Both the position numbers and the translations under genes were made by a program. From Podarcis melisellensis (taxonomy: Eukaryota): DNA of 64,000 bases. Each line of letters opens with the position of its first letter. Positions within the stretch are counted from its first letter, which is position 1. A model generated the notes under the pieces. It was not told the origin of the DNA and did no database searches. It was given only the letters and a program-made list of their open reading frames with translations. The stretch lies in the NCBI GenBank assembly GCA_964234715.1, contig OZ174279.1. One strand, written 5' to 3'. This document shows, piece after piece, positions 40,271 to 51,043 of this stretch.

Positions 40271-40969
40271 TATGAAAATGATATATTGATGGTAGTTAAC
40301 ACCAAGTAAATTGGTGAAAATGTAGAAATCCAAATCAAATAAGTGTTGGAATTGTAAAGAGAAAGAAGGTTATTTTTATCATATGTGGTGGTTTTGTAAT
40401 AATGTTAAAGCTTACTGGGAAATGATATATAATGAAATGAAAAGGGTGTTTAAAATAATATTTGTAAAAACAAATAACAAGAAACAGAAGCCTTCATTTT
40501 GGGAATTATAGGGACAGAACTACCCAAAGTAAAGAAATTTATTCATTTATACAGTGGCAAGAATGTTACTTGCCCAAAAATGGAAAGAAGGAGAAGTCTC
40601 AGCAAATGAAGAATGGATACAAAACCTTATGGAGTATGCAGAAATGGCAAAACTTACCGGGAAAAAAATAAGAAATCAAGATAACAAACTTTTAATAAAA
40701 GAATGGAAATGGTTTATTGGATATTGACAAATAAACTGTAAACAGATAAGAGCATTGGCAGGATTATTGTAATAACCTGCAGTTTAATGAGAATATATAT
40801 TTCAAGTAGATGAATAAATGAGCAAATTAAGTTAATTTGGATAGACAGAATATATTTAAAATAAATTGAAGGAACCACAGAAAGAGGGGAAGGAAGTTGA
40901 GTTTTCAAATGTTTAAATGATTGTAAAATTATTGAAATGTATAAAATTGAAAATCATAAATAATTTTTT
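40271..40969 (+). mobile_element. L1 LINE 3' fragment
   Basis: Encodes NKCWNCKEKEGYFYHMWWFCNNVKAYW (L1 ORF2 CCHC region); ~18-bp TSD ttaaggctttattgagcg/ttaaggccttattgagtg. Confidence 0.9.
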
Positions 40970-42644
40970 TTAAGGCCTTATTGAGTGAAGTCAAAACTTT
41001 GAACGTGGGAAGATCCCTGGTGAGTGGATGTTAGGATAAATAATGAAGGATTATTCTGAAGGATAACACTGAAGGATAAATAATCTGAAGCTAAGTATCA
41101 AATCAAACTTCAAGCATATAGAGTAGTGGAAACATCTTGCATATCTTATTGTGAAGGGAGATGCAACAGCTATATTTTGGAAACTCCCCGAAAGCAGATA
41201 GATAAGGAGTCAGGAGATTTTTGTGCTTCCTATCCCCTGGCACATCTGCAATGATGGAAGCCATTTTCCATGAAACCATTGCAGATCTGTTTCATCCTTC
41301 CCAGAGGCCAGTTCTGCTTTCTCTTCCCACCACCTGTGCATTTGCATCTCATTTCTCCTGCTTTTGATCACATTTGGTTGCTCAACGCCTTCCTCAAAAG
41401 GAGGAAATATAGAGGCTCGCTTCTCGGAGGGAGCCGAGAAGGCGGTGAACAGCCTGAAGGGACGCTCCTTCAAGGATTCTATACTTAGTCTCAGTTTTCT
41501 TAATTATGGTTTAGTACACACATCCCAGCTGCATGGGGTCTCTTGCCAGGAAAAGAGCATCAGCCAGCAACATCATTTCTGAGCACAAGACCTGCAGAAG
41601 GGTGAACGGGGAGGGGGAGAAATGGACGTGCAACATCAGCTGTCCACAAAGCAGAGCCTCTGATGTTAGAAAACCCGCAAGGCATTTCTCCAGAGCTGGT
41701 TCAAAGACAGTGATGGCCAATGTCTGCCTTGATCCATTTCATTCTTGGCCCACTGGAAGCATTTTCTAGCCTCCAGCCATGCCATTGGTCATGAGTATTT
41801 CTATTTTTTTCTCCCTTCCCTGTGGAAAAGCATGGTGTAAGGCTCTCTCGGTCTTCCTAGCTGAATTATTTTGCTACTCAGCTATGCAGAAGCAGCAGGC
41901 CTTTAGGCTAATTAATAAATCATCAACGCATTTGTGGTGTGAAAAATGAAATATTTATGCTTGCCAGAGTAATATTTCTGTCTTGCAGCACTATGCTCTG
42001 TTGATGCCTGATGGAGGATGAAGTAAATACCAGCTGGTGTAGAATGAGCAGAATATAATTACTTTCTACAAAGTTAACTGGAAATTAAAAAGAGAGAGAG
42101 AGAAGAAGAAGTCAGAGAAACTAGCTCAAGAGAAAGAAAAATCTAATCATGACATGGCATGGAATGTAGAACGCGTTCTGGCGGGGGGAGATGGAGGGGG
42201 GAAATCAGCCACGCAGCTAATGCTGCCACGGGGCACAGGAAATTGCAAAAGCCATACTGTGGACAAGCATTCCCATGCCAAGGTCCTTTTACCAGAGCAG
42301 TTTGTGACCAGCTGGTACTGTGAAAAGGCCTCATGGGAAGCCAAGGACACTTTATTACTTCAGCCACTCACCTCATCATTACGGAAAGGACTTAAAGCCT
42401 CAGATGTCTATCGCTTTTCCAGAAGACAAGCCATTGTTTTCTGGGAAGACCTTTCCACTCTTTGAAATCGAGCAAGGACTTAGTTAAAAGAGAGGGAGGG
42501 AAAACATATCCTTGAAGTTTACTTTCTGGTTTCCCTGTTCTCTGTCCTCAGAACCTGACCAAACTGTTGTTGCGTGCTGAGGTCCCCCAAAACCCCACCC
42601 CAATAACTCAGACATCACACATAATTTTTGTTTAAGGTTTTTGG

Positions 42645-43355
42645 CATAATTTTGGCCACAACTTTATTTTCATACAAATTGAGAGTGGTTGCTTAGGCAT
42701 TGGTTATGACTAGCTGTCCCCCCCCCCCCGCCTTGGGGGACAGCACTGACTCCTTAGTCAGTCCCGGAGGAACAAGGTCAGAGTCAGCTGGAGCTGCGAT
42801 ACAGGCCCTCAGCTACTCCGCGCATGTTCCTTGAAGCTTACGCGGCCCGCACCCTGCCGTCAGGGTTTGGACGAAGGGGATGGTAAGCTTCAGAATTCCT
42901 TTAACGGAATACCCATCAGCAGCAGCATTGGAGGGGCAGGCACAGCCAATCCATACCCCTCCACCAACCAATTTTAACCAATGCCTAACCGCCAACCTTA
43001 CAAGTTGTGACGATTTGCTAACCAGTAGGCAAAACCCAAAAGGCACGCACTAATCAGCCAATTGGGAAAATTCCTACTAGGCCCCCGCAACAATGCGAGC
43101 GACCCCATGACAGGCAGAGCAAGGTCAAAGCGAAAGCCCAAACAAGGGAGGGCGGGCGGGAGATCCGATGTCCACAGCGAAAGAGAAAGAGAAAGAGAAA
43201 GCTGTGGACCCTGTTTATATATAGTCGTTAATCCCACCCCTAACTTGGCAACATCACATTCACCCCAGTAACAACATCAACCAATCTGCTCCAGGCCCAT
43301 TGCCATCAATGGCCTGGCAACTAAATGGGGTTTTGTTCGGCCCCATCCGCAACAC
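42645..43355 (-). mobile_element. Non-coding DIRS/Ngaro-like repeat
   Basis: Minus strand TATATATAAA at ~43215-43224 and AATAAAGTTGTGGCC at ~42653-42667; colinear with 45-917; CpG-rich. Confidence 0.55.
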
Positions 43356-43957
43356 GTGCTCTTTCTTTTATGAGAACACGCTTTCCACCACCTGTCACAT
43401 TTGAACATCCAGTAGTGACCAATGAGGTGAGGTGGGACACAAGCCCCTTCATGAACACCAGGCACCAGAATGAAAAAAAATAACACACACCCCTCTTCCC
43501 TCCTTTCTTTCTCCCCTCTCTCTTCTCCCAACTGTAAGGTGACTAGGACCAGTGTCTCTTACTGAGGACTCAGCTACATGAGTCAAAAAACATTGTTCTG
43601 AATGTGTTGTAAACATGTAACATCAGATGGCTTTGGAAGGGGGGGGGGGATCTAAGTGATTTTCCATAGCGTTTTTTGTTTTTTATTTTGTTATAACAAT
43701 TTAATTTCTGGCTTATTTATAGCATTTTTTCCTGTGTGTAGATCCACCCTAAATGTAAATGAACTGTGAAAAGATATGTGTACCTTTCCCTGTTTATTTG
43801 CTTTGCTTTGTAACACAACAATCTTTAATAAAAACTTATTTTGAAAAAGCATGATGCTAAGGTATAGTCTCTGCAACTGAGGCAGTGATGGGGGAGGGTA
43901 GAGATTGGGGAGAGGTGCATGACTGTTGTCTGACTAGTAATGCCCAGAATAGACTAT

Positions 43958-44130
43958 ATAGGAAGCTGCTTTCTACTGAGTCAGACAATTGGTCAGTATT
44001 GTCTGTACTGACTGGTAGCAGCTGTCCAGGGCTTCAGGCAGGGGTCTCTGCCACCCCACCAGGAGATGCTGGGAGTCAGATTTGGAACTGTCTGCATGCA
44101 AAGCAGATGCCCTTGCATTCAACTGGCCAC
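43958..44130 (-). mobile_element. Squam2-like SINE
   Basis: Reverse-complement homolog of 56638-56831. Confidence 0.7.
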
Positions 44131-44607
44131 TGCTTTTTAGCTAGCAGCTGCATGGTTGCAGAAGGCTGACCTAGGTGGCCTCTGCCACTGTCACACTGGT
44201 TACTGACCCTCCCTTTGGTCACTGCTCAGTGGCAGCGGCCAAGAGTTACATCCCACCCCAGCTCCACAAGTAGTGCTGTTTTCATCCCATGTGAATACTG
44301 TTGGCATACAACCAAGGAAGCAGGCCCCCAGCTGGCTCCATCCCACCGGCCAGTGTACTGGACGAACTCCAGTTCTTGGTGCCACATGAATCAGCAACCC
44401 AAACTTCAAAAGCTAGGGCACGCTCAAATCAGCAGAGATAACGCTACGCAACAGAAGTGCCGGGAGAGTATGTGTGAGCATATTTACAAGCAGTTCATTC
44501 AGCATACATCAGGACAAAAGGAAAACATGTCCAATCCCCTTTGTGTCCGAAGCAAGGCAACATAATCAAAAGCTATACACAAATGGAAGTTCCCAGCAAG
44601 CTGTGCT

Positions 44608-44781
44608 NNNNNNNNNNNNNNNNNNNNNNNNNNNNNNNNNNNNNNNNNNNNNNNNNNNNNNNNNNNNNNNNNNNNNNNNNNNNNNNNNNNNNNNNNNNNN
44701 NNNNNNNNNNNNNNNNNNNNNNNNNNNNNNNNNNNNNNNNNNNNNNNNNNNNNNNNNNNNNNNNNNNNNNNNNNNNNNNNN
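44608..44781. other. Assembly gap (174 N)
   Basis: Run of N. Confidence 1.
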
Positions 44782-44994
44782 CCCGCTTTATCACTACCCT
44801 AAGGAGTCTCAAAGTGGCTAACATTCTCCTTTCCTTTCTTCCCCCACAACAAACACTCAGTGAGGTGAGTGAGGCTTCTCTGAAGTGTGACTAGCCCAAG
44901 GTCATCCAGCAGCTGCATGTGGAGGAGCAGAGACACGAACCCGGATCACCACATTACGAGACTACCGCTCTTAACCACTATACCACACTGGCTC
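44782..44994 (-). mobile_element. Squam3-like SINE (tail lost in gap)
   Basis: Homologous to 45134-45391. Confidence 0.85.
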
Positions 44995-45133
44995 ACTGTC
45001 ACACTGTGACATACAACAATTCCACACGTCTGTTCTTAAGGTGGAACTGAATACCCCAACAAATACCAGGCCTATCAAACAACAAGGAGTGCATGAGTGC
45101 TGCGTTTTGTGAGGCCTGCTCAACTCATTGTCC

Positions 45134-45391
45134 AAAGAAGAAGAAGAAGAAGAGTTTGGATTTGATATCCTGCCTTTCACTCCCTTTAAGGAGTCTCAAA
45201 GCGGCTAACATTCTCCTTTCCCTTCCTCCCCCACAACAAACACTCTGTGAGGTGAGTGGGGCTGAGAGACTTCAAAGAAGTGTGACTGGCCCAAGGTCAC
45301 CCAGCAGCTGCATGTGGAGGAGCGGAGACACGAACCCGGTTCCCCAGATTATGGGACTACCGCTCTTAACCACTACACCACACTGGCTCTC
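45134..45391 (-). mobile_element. Squam3-like SINE, full length, (CTT)n tail
   Basis: Head gagagccagtgtggtgtagtggttaagagcgg (A box) and gggttcgtgtc (B box). Confidence 0.88.
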
Positions 45392-45717
45392 AGAGAACGC
45401 TCCCATAAGCATGTTAACGATATGCCACAAGGATTGATGATTTGATACGGAAATAAAGTGGGAGGTTGGGGAAAGGTGAGTAGGGGCTAGAAGTGGGTAA
45501 ATGAGATAAAGCTTCACTCTTCCATTATAGTTCTCAGGTAGCCCAACAGAGCTCTTTCACATAGCAAAAAACAAATTATGATCACATGCACCAGTTAATG
45601 GGGTACTGCAAAGGATGCTGTGATGAGTTCATTAGGCACTTTTAGGACAAAATCACTTGCTTTCATGGTGACCTCGACAGCGCTGTTAAAACAGTCTGCG
45701 GTGAACTGTCTCCCGCT

Positions 45718-45863
45718 GCTGGATAGCTCGGATGGTAGCGCATGAGACTCTAAATCTTATGGTTGTGGTTTTGAGCCCTGTGTTGGGCAAAATGTTGTTG
45801 CATTGCAGGGGGTTGGACTAAATGAGTCTGGTGGTTCCTTCCAACTCTACAATTCTATGATTC
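45718..45863 (+). mobile_element. tRNA-Lys-derived SINE with CR1 3' tail
   Basis: Head resembles tRNA-Lys(CTT); tail gcagggggttggact...ttccaactctacaattctatga matches the CR1 end at 53316-53372. Confidence 0.8.
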
Positions 45864-45919
45864 CTCTACACAGTCTTATTCCATTTTGATGTATCAATTT
45901 CAGTTCTTGAGGCCTGAGG

Positions 45920-46177
45920 ATACGATGCAATATTATACGATACGATATGATAATCTTTATTGTCATTGTCCCATACAGAACAACAAAATTGATAAAATTC
46001 TACACCAGCCATTCAAAAACCCACAAGCCTGCTATCCTAGCTATCCCAGCCTGGTTAGCCCCTAAAAACTCTGATACCCCATAATTGAATACAATATACT
46101 CACATAAAGACTACCTTACTCTGCGTTTAAAACCAAAATCACATTTGGACAGAAACTGTTTCTCAGGCGGCTAGTGG
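45920..46177 (-). mobile_element. Rex1/Babar-like LINE 3' end
   Basis: Ends TSRLRNSFCPNVILVLNAE*; AATAAA followed by (TATCG)n-like tail. Confidence 0.65.
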
Positions 46178-46340
46178 ACAAAGTGGGTGCAGCTGTCTGT
46201 CCCTTGCTTCCCTTAACAATTGTCCCTCTTGCCTTGTTTGTGAAAGTTTGGGAGGCTGTCAGGTGGATCCAGGGCCCAGTTATCACATCTTTGCATGTGA
46301 CAATGGTCTCCATTGCCTTGAAGGAGGTTGATGTGTATCC

Positions 46341-46389
46341 ACTACTACTACTACTATTACTACTACTACTATTACTACTACTACTACTA
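46341..46389. repeat. (CTA)n microsatellite
   Basis: Directly visible. Confidence 0.95.
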
Positions 46390-46441
46390 GAATTTATATA
46401 CCGCCCTATGCCCGCAGGTCCCTACTTCTAGCAGAGCATGG

Positions 46442-46543
46442 GAAGGGGACACTATTCTATCCCCAAGGTTATTTAATGTTTATATAAAGTTTTTGGGAGC
46501 AGTCATCAGGAGATTTGGAGTGCAGTGTCATCAGTATGTTGGA
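46442..46543 (+). mobile_element. Old L2 reverse-transcriptase fragment
   Basis: Translates EGDTILSPRLFNVYIKFLGAVIRRFGVQCHQYVG, resembling RT PQG..LSP.LFN.Y...YADD. Confidence 0.7.
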
Positions 46544-48128
46544 CAGTATATGGACACTTTTATAGGACAGGAGCACTAATCTGTAGAGCATCATTTTGCA
46601 TTTTTTTAATTCTCAGATTTGAATGAAACACAGAATCCCCCCCCCCTATTTTTCACTCCTTTCCTTTATTATGTACTTTCTGATGTCTTCTGTCACCACA
46701 CATAGACTGGAGACAAGAAATTTTAAGATGCAACTGGGTGGTATACTTTTTGACCTTGTTAAGGGGGCATCCGTAGGACCTACAGTAAGGCAACTCACTG
46801 GGTTAGCTGGCAGATTGGTCATAATGAGGATTAGAGCTCTAAAGCAGGCCTCTCCTCTTTCCAAATTTACGCCACCATCAGTGTCCTCAGGCTAAATAAC
46901 CCAACTGCTCCCTTCCACATTATTTCCACCAATCAAAATATGTTTTTTCAACACCTTCATCTCGTCTCTTGGGTTCTGGACTTTTAGTTTGAATCATCCC
47001 ACTGTGTCTTCCTGCGCTTGAGTGACGGACCCTGCTGTGACAGTTCAGCTCAGGAACATGGTTTGCCTCTGAAGCTCTGGGTGAGAACTTCAATTACCTA
47101 CTTCCAAGCCCCACATTAGAAACAACTGATGCCTAGTTGGCAACCCATACTGTGAGGGATCAAATTCTGGCCAGCTCCATTTATCTCAGACACCTCTCTT
47201 CCTCAATTTATTTCCCCTTAACGTTCCTTCTCTCTCTGTCCTGCCCAGCAATAGGCAGCCATATATTTTGGTACAGTCTCATCCAATATATTAACACCCC
47301 TATGAGATTTGCATCCAATGCTGGATTAGAGTGTGAGTCTGGGAGGAATCCCCTTATGTGCCACAACTATCAATTCCTGCCCATTTTTCTTTTATCCTCC
47401 TTTTTTATTTTATTTTTTAAAAAATGCACTCCTTTTGTTTATGACTTGTTGTCAAAACAGTGCTGAGAATTAGGCATGGGTATTGATTTTCCCTCTTCTT
47501 ATTTTATGCCTCTTTTTTCTTAACAACAAACATAATTGAAACACTTGTTTGAAAACAAAACAAAAAAGCAGAATTTACAGCTCCGTCTCCTGGATGCAGA
47601 GAGATCTAATAATGTCTGCACCTTTGTCAATGGAATGAAATTACTGTTGTGTGTTGCAGTCAAGGTTATGCTTCCAAAGCAAGCCTGCAAAAGACTCGGT
47701 TTCTGATGTGACCAGCTCATTATGAGTTATCTTGGTTTTCAGCTCACCCTCTCTAAACATCATTTTTCTGATATCAGAATGGAAAGAGAAAGATCAGCAT
47801 CTAATTATTATGCAAAGAGGGAACTGTTTGTTCTCCTAAAGGTCTCCCACCAGAGAAAGCAAACAGCACAATTCAAGGACAATTACTAATGCTACAGTAC
47901 ACAGCCGGATCATCTCCCATTTAAAATCCTTGCACCGTAACTGGAACTGTGAGGCACTGACTGTCATGGTCCTGGCCAAGCCGAGAGTCAGGAGGATGGA
48001 TCTGGGACTGCTGAAAAAGTGACTCAGAACAAAGTTCCTGAAGATTGGAAAAATATTGCCCAGCAGAGGGCAGAACAGTTGGATATGAATTTAGATTGAA
48101 CATTTGACCACTTTGAAGAATTATTGTA

Positions 48129-48358
48129 CAGTCGTACCTTGGTTGTTGAACGGAATCCATTCTGGAAGTCCATTTGACTTCTGAAAATGTTCAACAACCA
48201 AGGTGCGGCCTCCTGGCTTCCTGCACTCAATCAGAAGCTGCGTCGGACATATGGCTTCCAAATAACGTTTGCAAACTGGAACACTCACTTCCGGGTTTGC
48301 AAAATTCAGGAGCCAAAACGTTCAACTTGCAAAACATTGGGGAACCAAGGTATGACTG
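48129..48358. mobile_element. Tigger-like MITE
   Basis: TA|cagtcgtaccttggtt...aaccaaggtatgactg|TA. Confidence 0.88.
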
Positions 48359-48961
48359 TATGTACAATTTAGGGGTGGCTAGCTGGAAGTTATTTTACCT
48401 TTTATCTATTTCTTTCTTATTTCCTTTTTATTTCTTTATTCCTTTCTTTAATATTCTCTCTTATGATATTTTGATAAGAACTGCATGTAGATGGAGATGA
48501 TGAACCCTGTGTGAGAGGCAGGGAAGGGGAAATCTCCCAGAGTGAGAGGCTGGGAGAAGAGGGAAATGGTCCCAGGTGAGAGGTGGGAGGATGCATCCTT
48601 CTCTGTATGGGATAAAAATTCAGATATATCTGTGAGAGAGGACATTGTATTCGGTGAGCTGGCCCTTTAAGGAGTCGAACTCTTCAAGTTTGGGAGGGGT
48701 AGACCAGATATAACTGTTCTTCCATTTCCTCAGATGTCATTGGACTACAGCTCCCATCATCCCTGACCATTGGCTAAACTGGCTGGGTTACAAGCATACA
48801 TTACTCCAGTCAGAACAAAAATGTAGCCAAATAAATTTTGCTTAAAACACAATCTAGCTTTCCCTATCTAGACATTGCCCCTAACCCTAACAATTTAGGT
48901 CCAGTTTGCAGAATCTTACACCCTCCAACTTGGCATGCTATTTGCTTGTCTGTATCCTGAG

Positions 48962-49378
48962 TATGGAAGTGAGAGCTGGATCATAAAGAAAGCTGATCGC
49001 CAAAGAATTGATGCTTTTGAATTATGGTGCTGGAGGAGACTCTTGAGAGTCCCATCGACTGCAAGAAGATCAAACGTATCCATTCTCAAGGAAATCAGCC
49101 CTGAGTGCTCACTGGAAGGACAGATCCTGAAGCTGAGACTCAAATGCTTTGGCCACCTCATGAGAAGAGAAAACTCCCGGGAAAAGCCCCTGATGTTGGG
49201 AAAGATGGAGGGTGCAAGGAGAAGGGGACGACAAAGGACGAGATGGTTGGATAGTGTTCTCGAAGCTACCAGCATGAGTTTGACCAAACTGTGGGAGGCA
49301 GTGGAAGACAGGAGTGCCTGGCGTGCTCTGGTCCATGGGGTCACAAAGAGTCGGACATGAAATGACTAAACAACAACA
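48962..49378 (+). mobile_element. BovB LINE 3' fragment
   Basis: YGSESWIIKKADRQRIDAFELWCWRRLLRVP...; (CAA)n tail; perfect TSD atcctgag. Confidence 0.95.
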
Positions 49379-49685
49379 ATCCTGAGACCACACCTTCATC
49401 CACTCATCTGGTTGGTAATCTTCCCTCTCAGCAGTGCCACTCCCAGTCCACAAATTCAAGCAAGCTAGATTGTTTTCTCTCTCAACAGCTGACATGTCTA
49501 CATGTGATCCTGCATCTTCCTCAATGATTTTACCAGCTTCCAATTTGATCACTAGACCAGAAAGTTCTAGCAAGTTAAACTCAAAACCCCCAATGTATGT
49601 GCAAAAGTTATAGTTTTTGTACTAGCAGAACAGTTCATTTCTTTCGCATTAGTGATGAAAACACTAGGGGAGGTGGCAATGATAC

Positions 49686-50107
49686 TGTAAGGAGGGGTTG
49701 GTTAGCCCTTCGCAATAAATCCCTCGGCTTGACCAGAGTTGTATTTACAGTCTTTTATTTGTACAATATTTACAAAGTACAGAGCATCTCTTCAAGCATC
49801 CGAGTCGTCCGTAACAGATCCCGGGAGTGGGGGCTTCCTGCTCTGCCTCCCGCAAAGCGGCCTGGGCAATCCCAGATGTCGGCGTTGTTCTCTACACTTT
49901 AACCCCCTCCTGTCCTGTGTGGACAGAACTGGTGCCCCCTCACCCTCTGTGCTGAAGCTGGTGAAGTCGTGCTGTCGCTTTCTAACCTCATGGAGGTGTG
50001 CCTCCGCCTCCCCTTGCTCTCCACCCCCTTCCAGTGCTGCCTCTTCTACTGGCCCCTCTCTCTCCCCGTCCTCCAACTCTGGAGCCGTCCCAGCTGGCTC
50101 CATGACA
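49686..50107 (-). mobile_element. Solo LTR (Gypsy-like)
   Basis: Minus strand TGTCA...TTACA termini, AATAAA at ~49754-49759, perfect 5-bp TSD gatac. Confidence 0.85.
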
Positions 50108-50507
50108 GATACTAAACTCTTTCACATGGCCCCACCCCTCACATGTTAACTCCTTTTCCAAACACCTGAAGAGGGCTCTTGTTACATGCAAATGTGTGTA
50201 ATTGTAGCCTGATAGGAACTTAAAATGGAGGGACCCCTGCTTTTCTCACATTTCAAATTAAGAACACGTGAAGATCCTTGCCAGATCAGGCCAAGACATA
50301 TCTAGTCCTGCACTCTGTTCTCACAGTGGCCAACCAGATGCTCAGATTGCTTCTTCAAATGGACTCACAGTGGGTATTTTTAATGTGGGAAAGCACACAA
50401 AGGAGGGAGAAGCTGCTTGGGGAAACTATGTGGAATGTGGTTATTGACAGGCTGCTCCTGACAGATGCCGGATGTGGTAGAACCAGTGTTGAAGTCAACC
50501 CCATGCC

Positions 50508-50643
50508 TAGTTCTATTTTTCTAGAAAAAGGGGTGCCAGAATTCACCATGAACACTTCCCTTGTCCACTTATAGTGGCAATGGCACACACCTAAGAGGTG
50601 CTGGAACTGAGCTTTGGTGAGTTCTGGCTGAAAAGAAGGCCTG
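50508..50643. mobile_element. Degenerate hAT MITE
   Basis: TSD cccatgcc/cccaagcc; one TIR decayed. Confidence 0.55.
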
Positions 50644-50683
50644 CCCAAGCCTATAATTTTTCAAGGGGAGAAAACCATGAACT

Positions 50684-51043
50684 CACTGGCGGACGAAGGT
50701 GGGGGTGGGGGGAATGGGCAGCCCCGGGTGCCATCCCGGAGGACACATCGCAGCCGCCCCCCAGGACGCACAGCAAGCACCCCAGGGATGCACAACATGT
50801 ACTCCCTGGGACGTGCATCACCCCCCCCCCAGGTAACACACCATGCCCCCTGGGACATGTGTCACACCCCCGGGACTCACACGACGCCCCCTGGGAGGCA
50901 TGCCACACCCCCGGGATGCATGTCACGCCCCCCACGGGTGGTCACCATGCCCCTGGGACATGCGCCACATCCCCTGGATGTGCGCCAGCCACGCCCCCGC
51001 ATATTCGCCGCTCCGGGTGCTGGGGTATGTAGCTCTGCCACTG
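50684..51043. mobile_element. hAT element with internal GC-rich ~20-bp minisatellite
   Basis: TIR cactggcgga/tctgccactg; perfect TSD catgaact. Confidence 0.85.

Larger units (their letters stand above)
39800..41003 (-). mobile_element. Old L2 remnant split by MITE and L1 insertions
   Basis: Degenerate similarity to L2 3' region at 39850-39970, 40205-40270 and 40985-41003. Confidence 0.5.

Noticed and set aside
44782-45391. Adjacent Squam3 copies as an assembly artefact
   Set aside because: The copies differ by several substitutions and an indel and have different flanks, so they are likely independent insertions.
45718-45790. tRNA-Lys gene
   Set aside because: Stems and anticodon arm are degraded and it is fused to a CR1 tail, so it is a SINE head.
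50750-50990. CRISPR-like repeat array
   Set aside because: Degenerate head-to-tail minisatellite with no unique spacers, in eukaryotic DNA.
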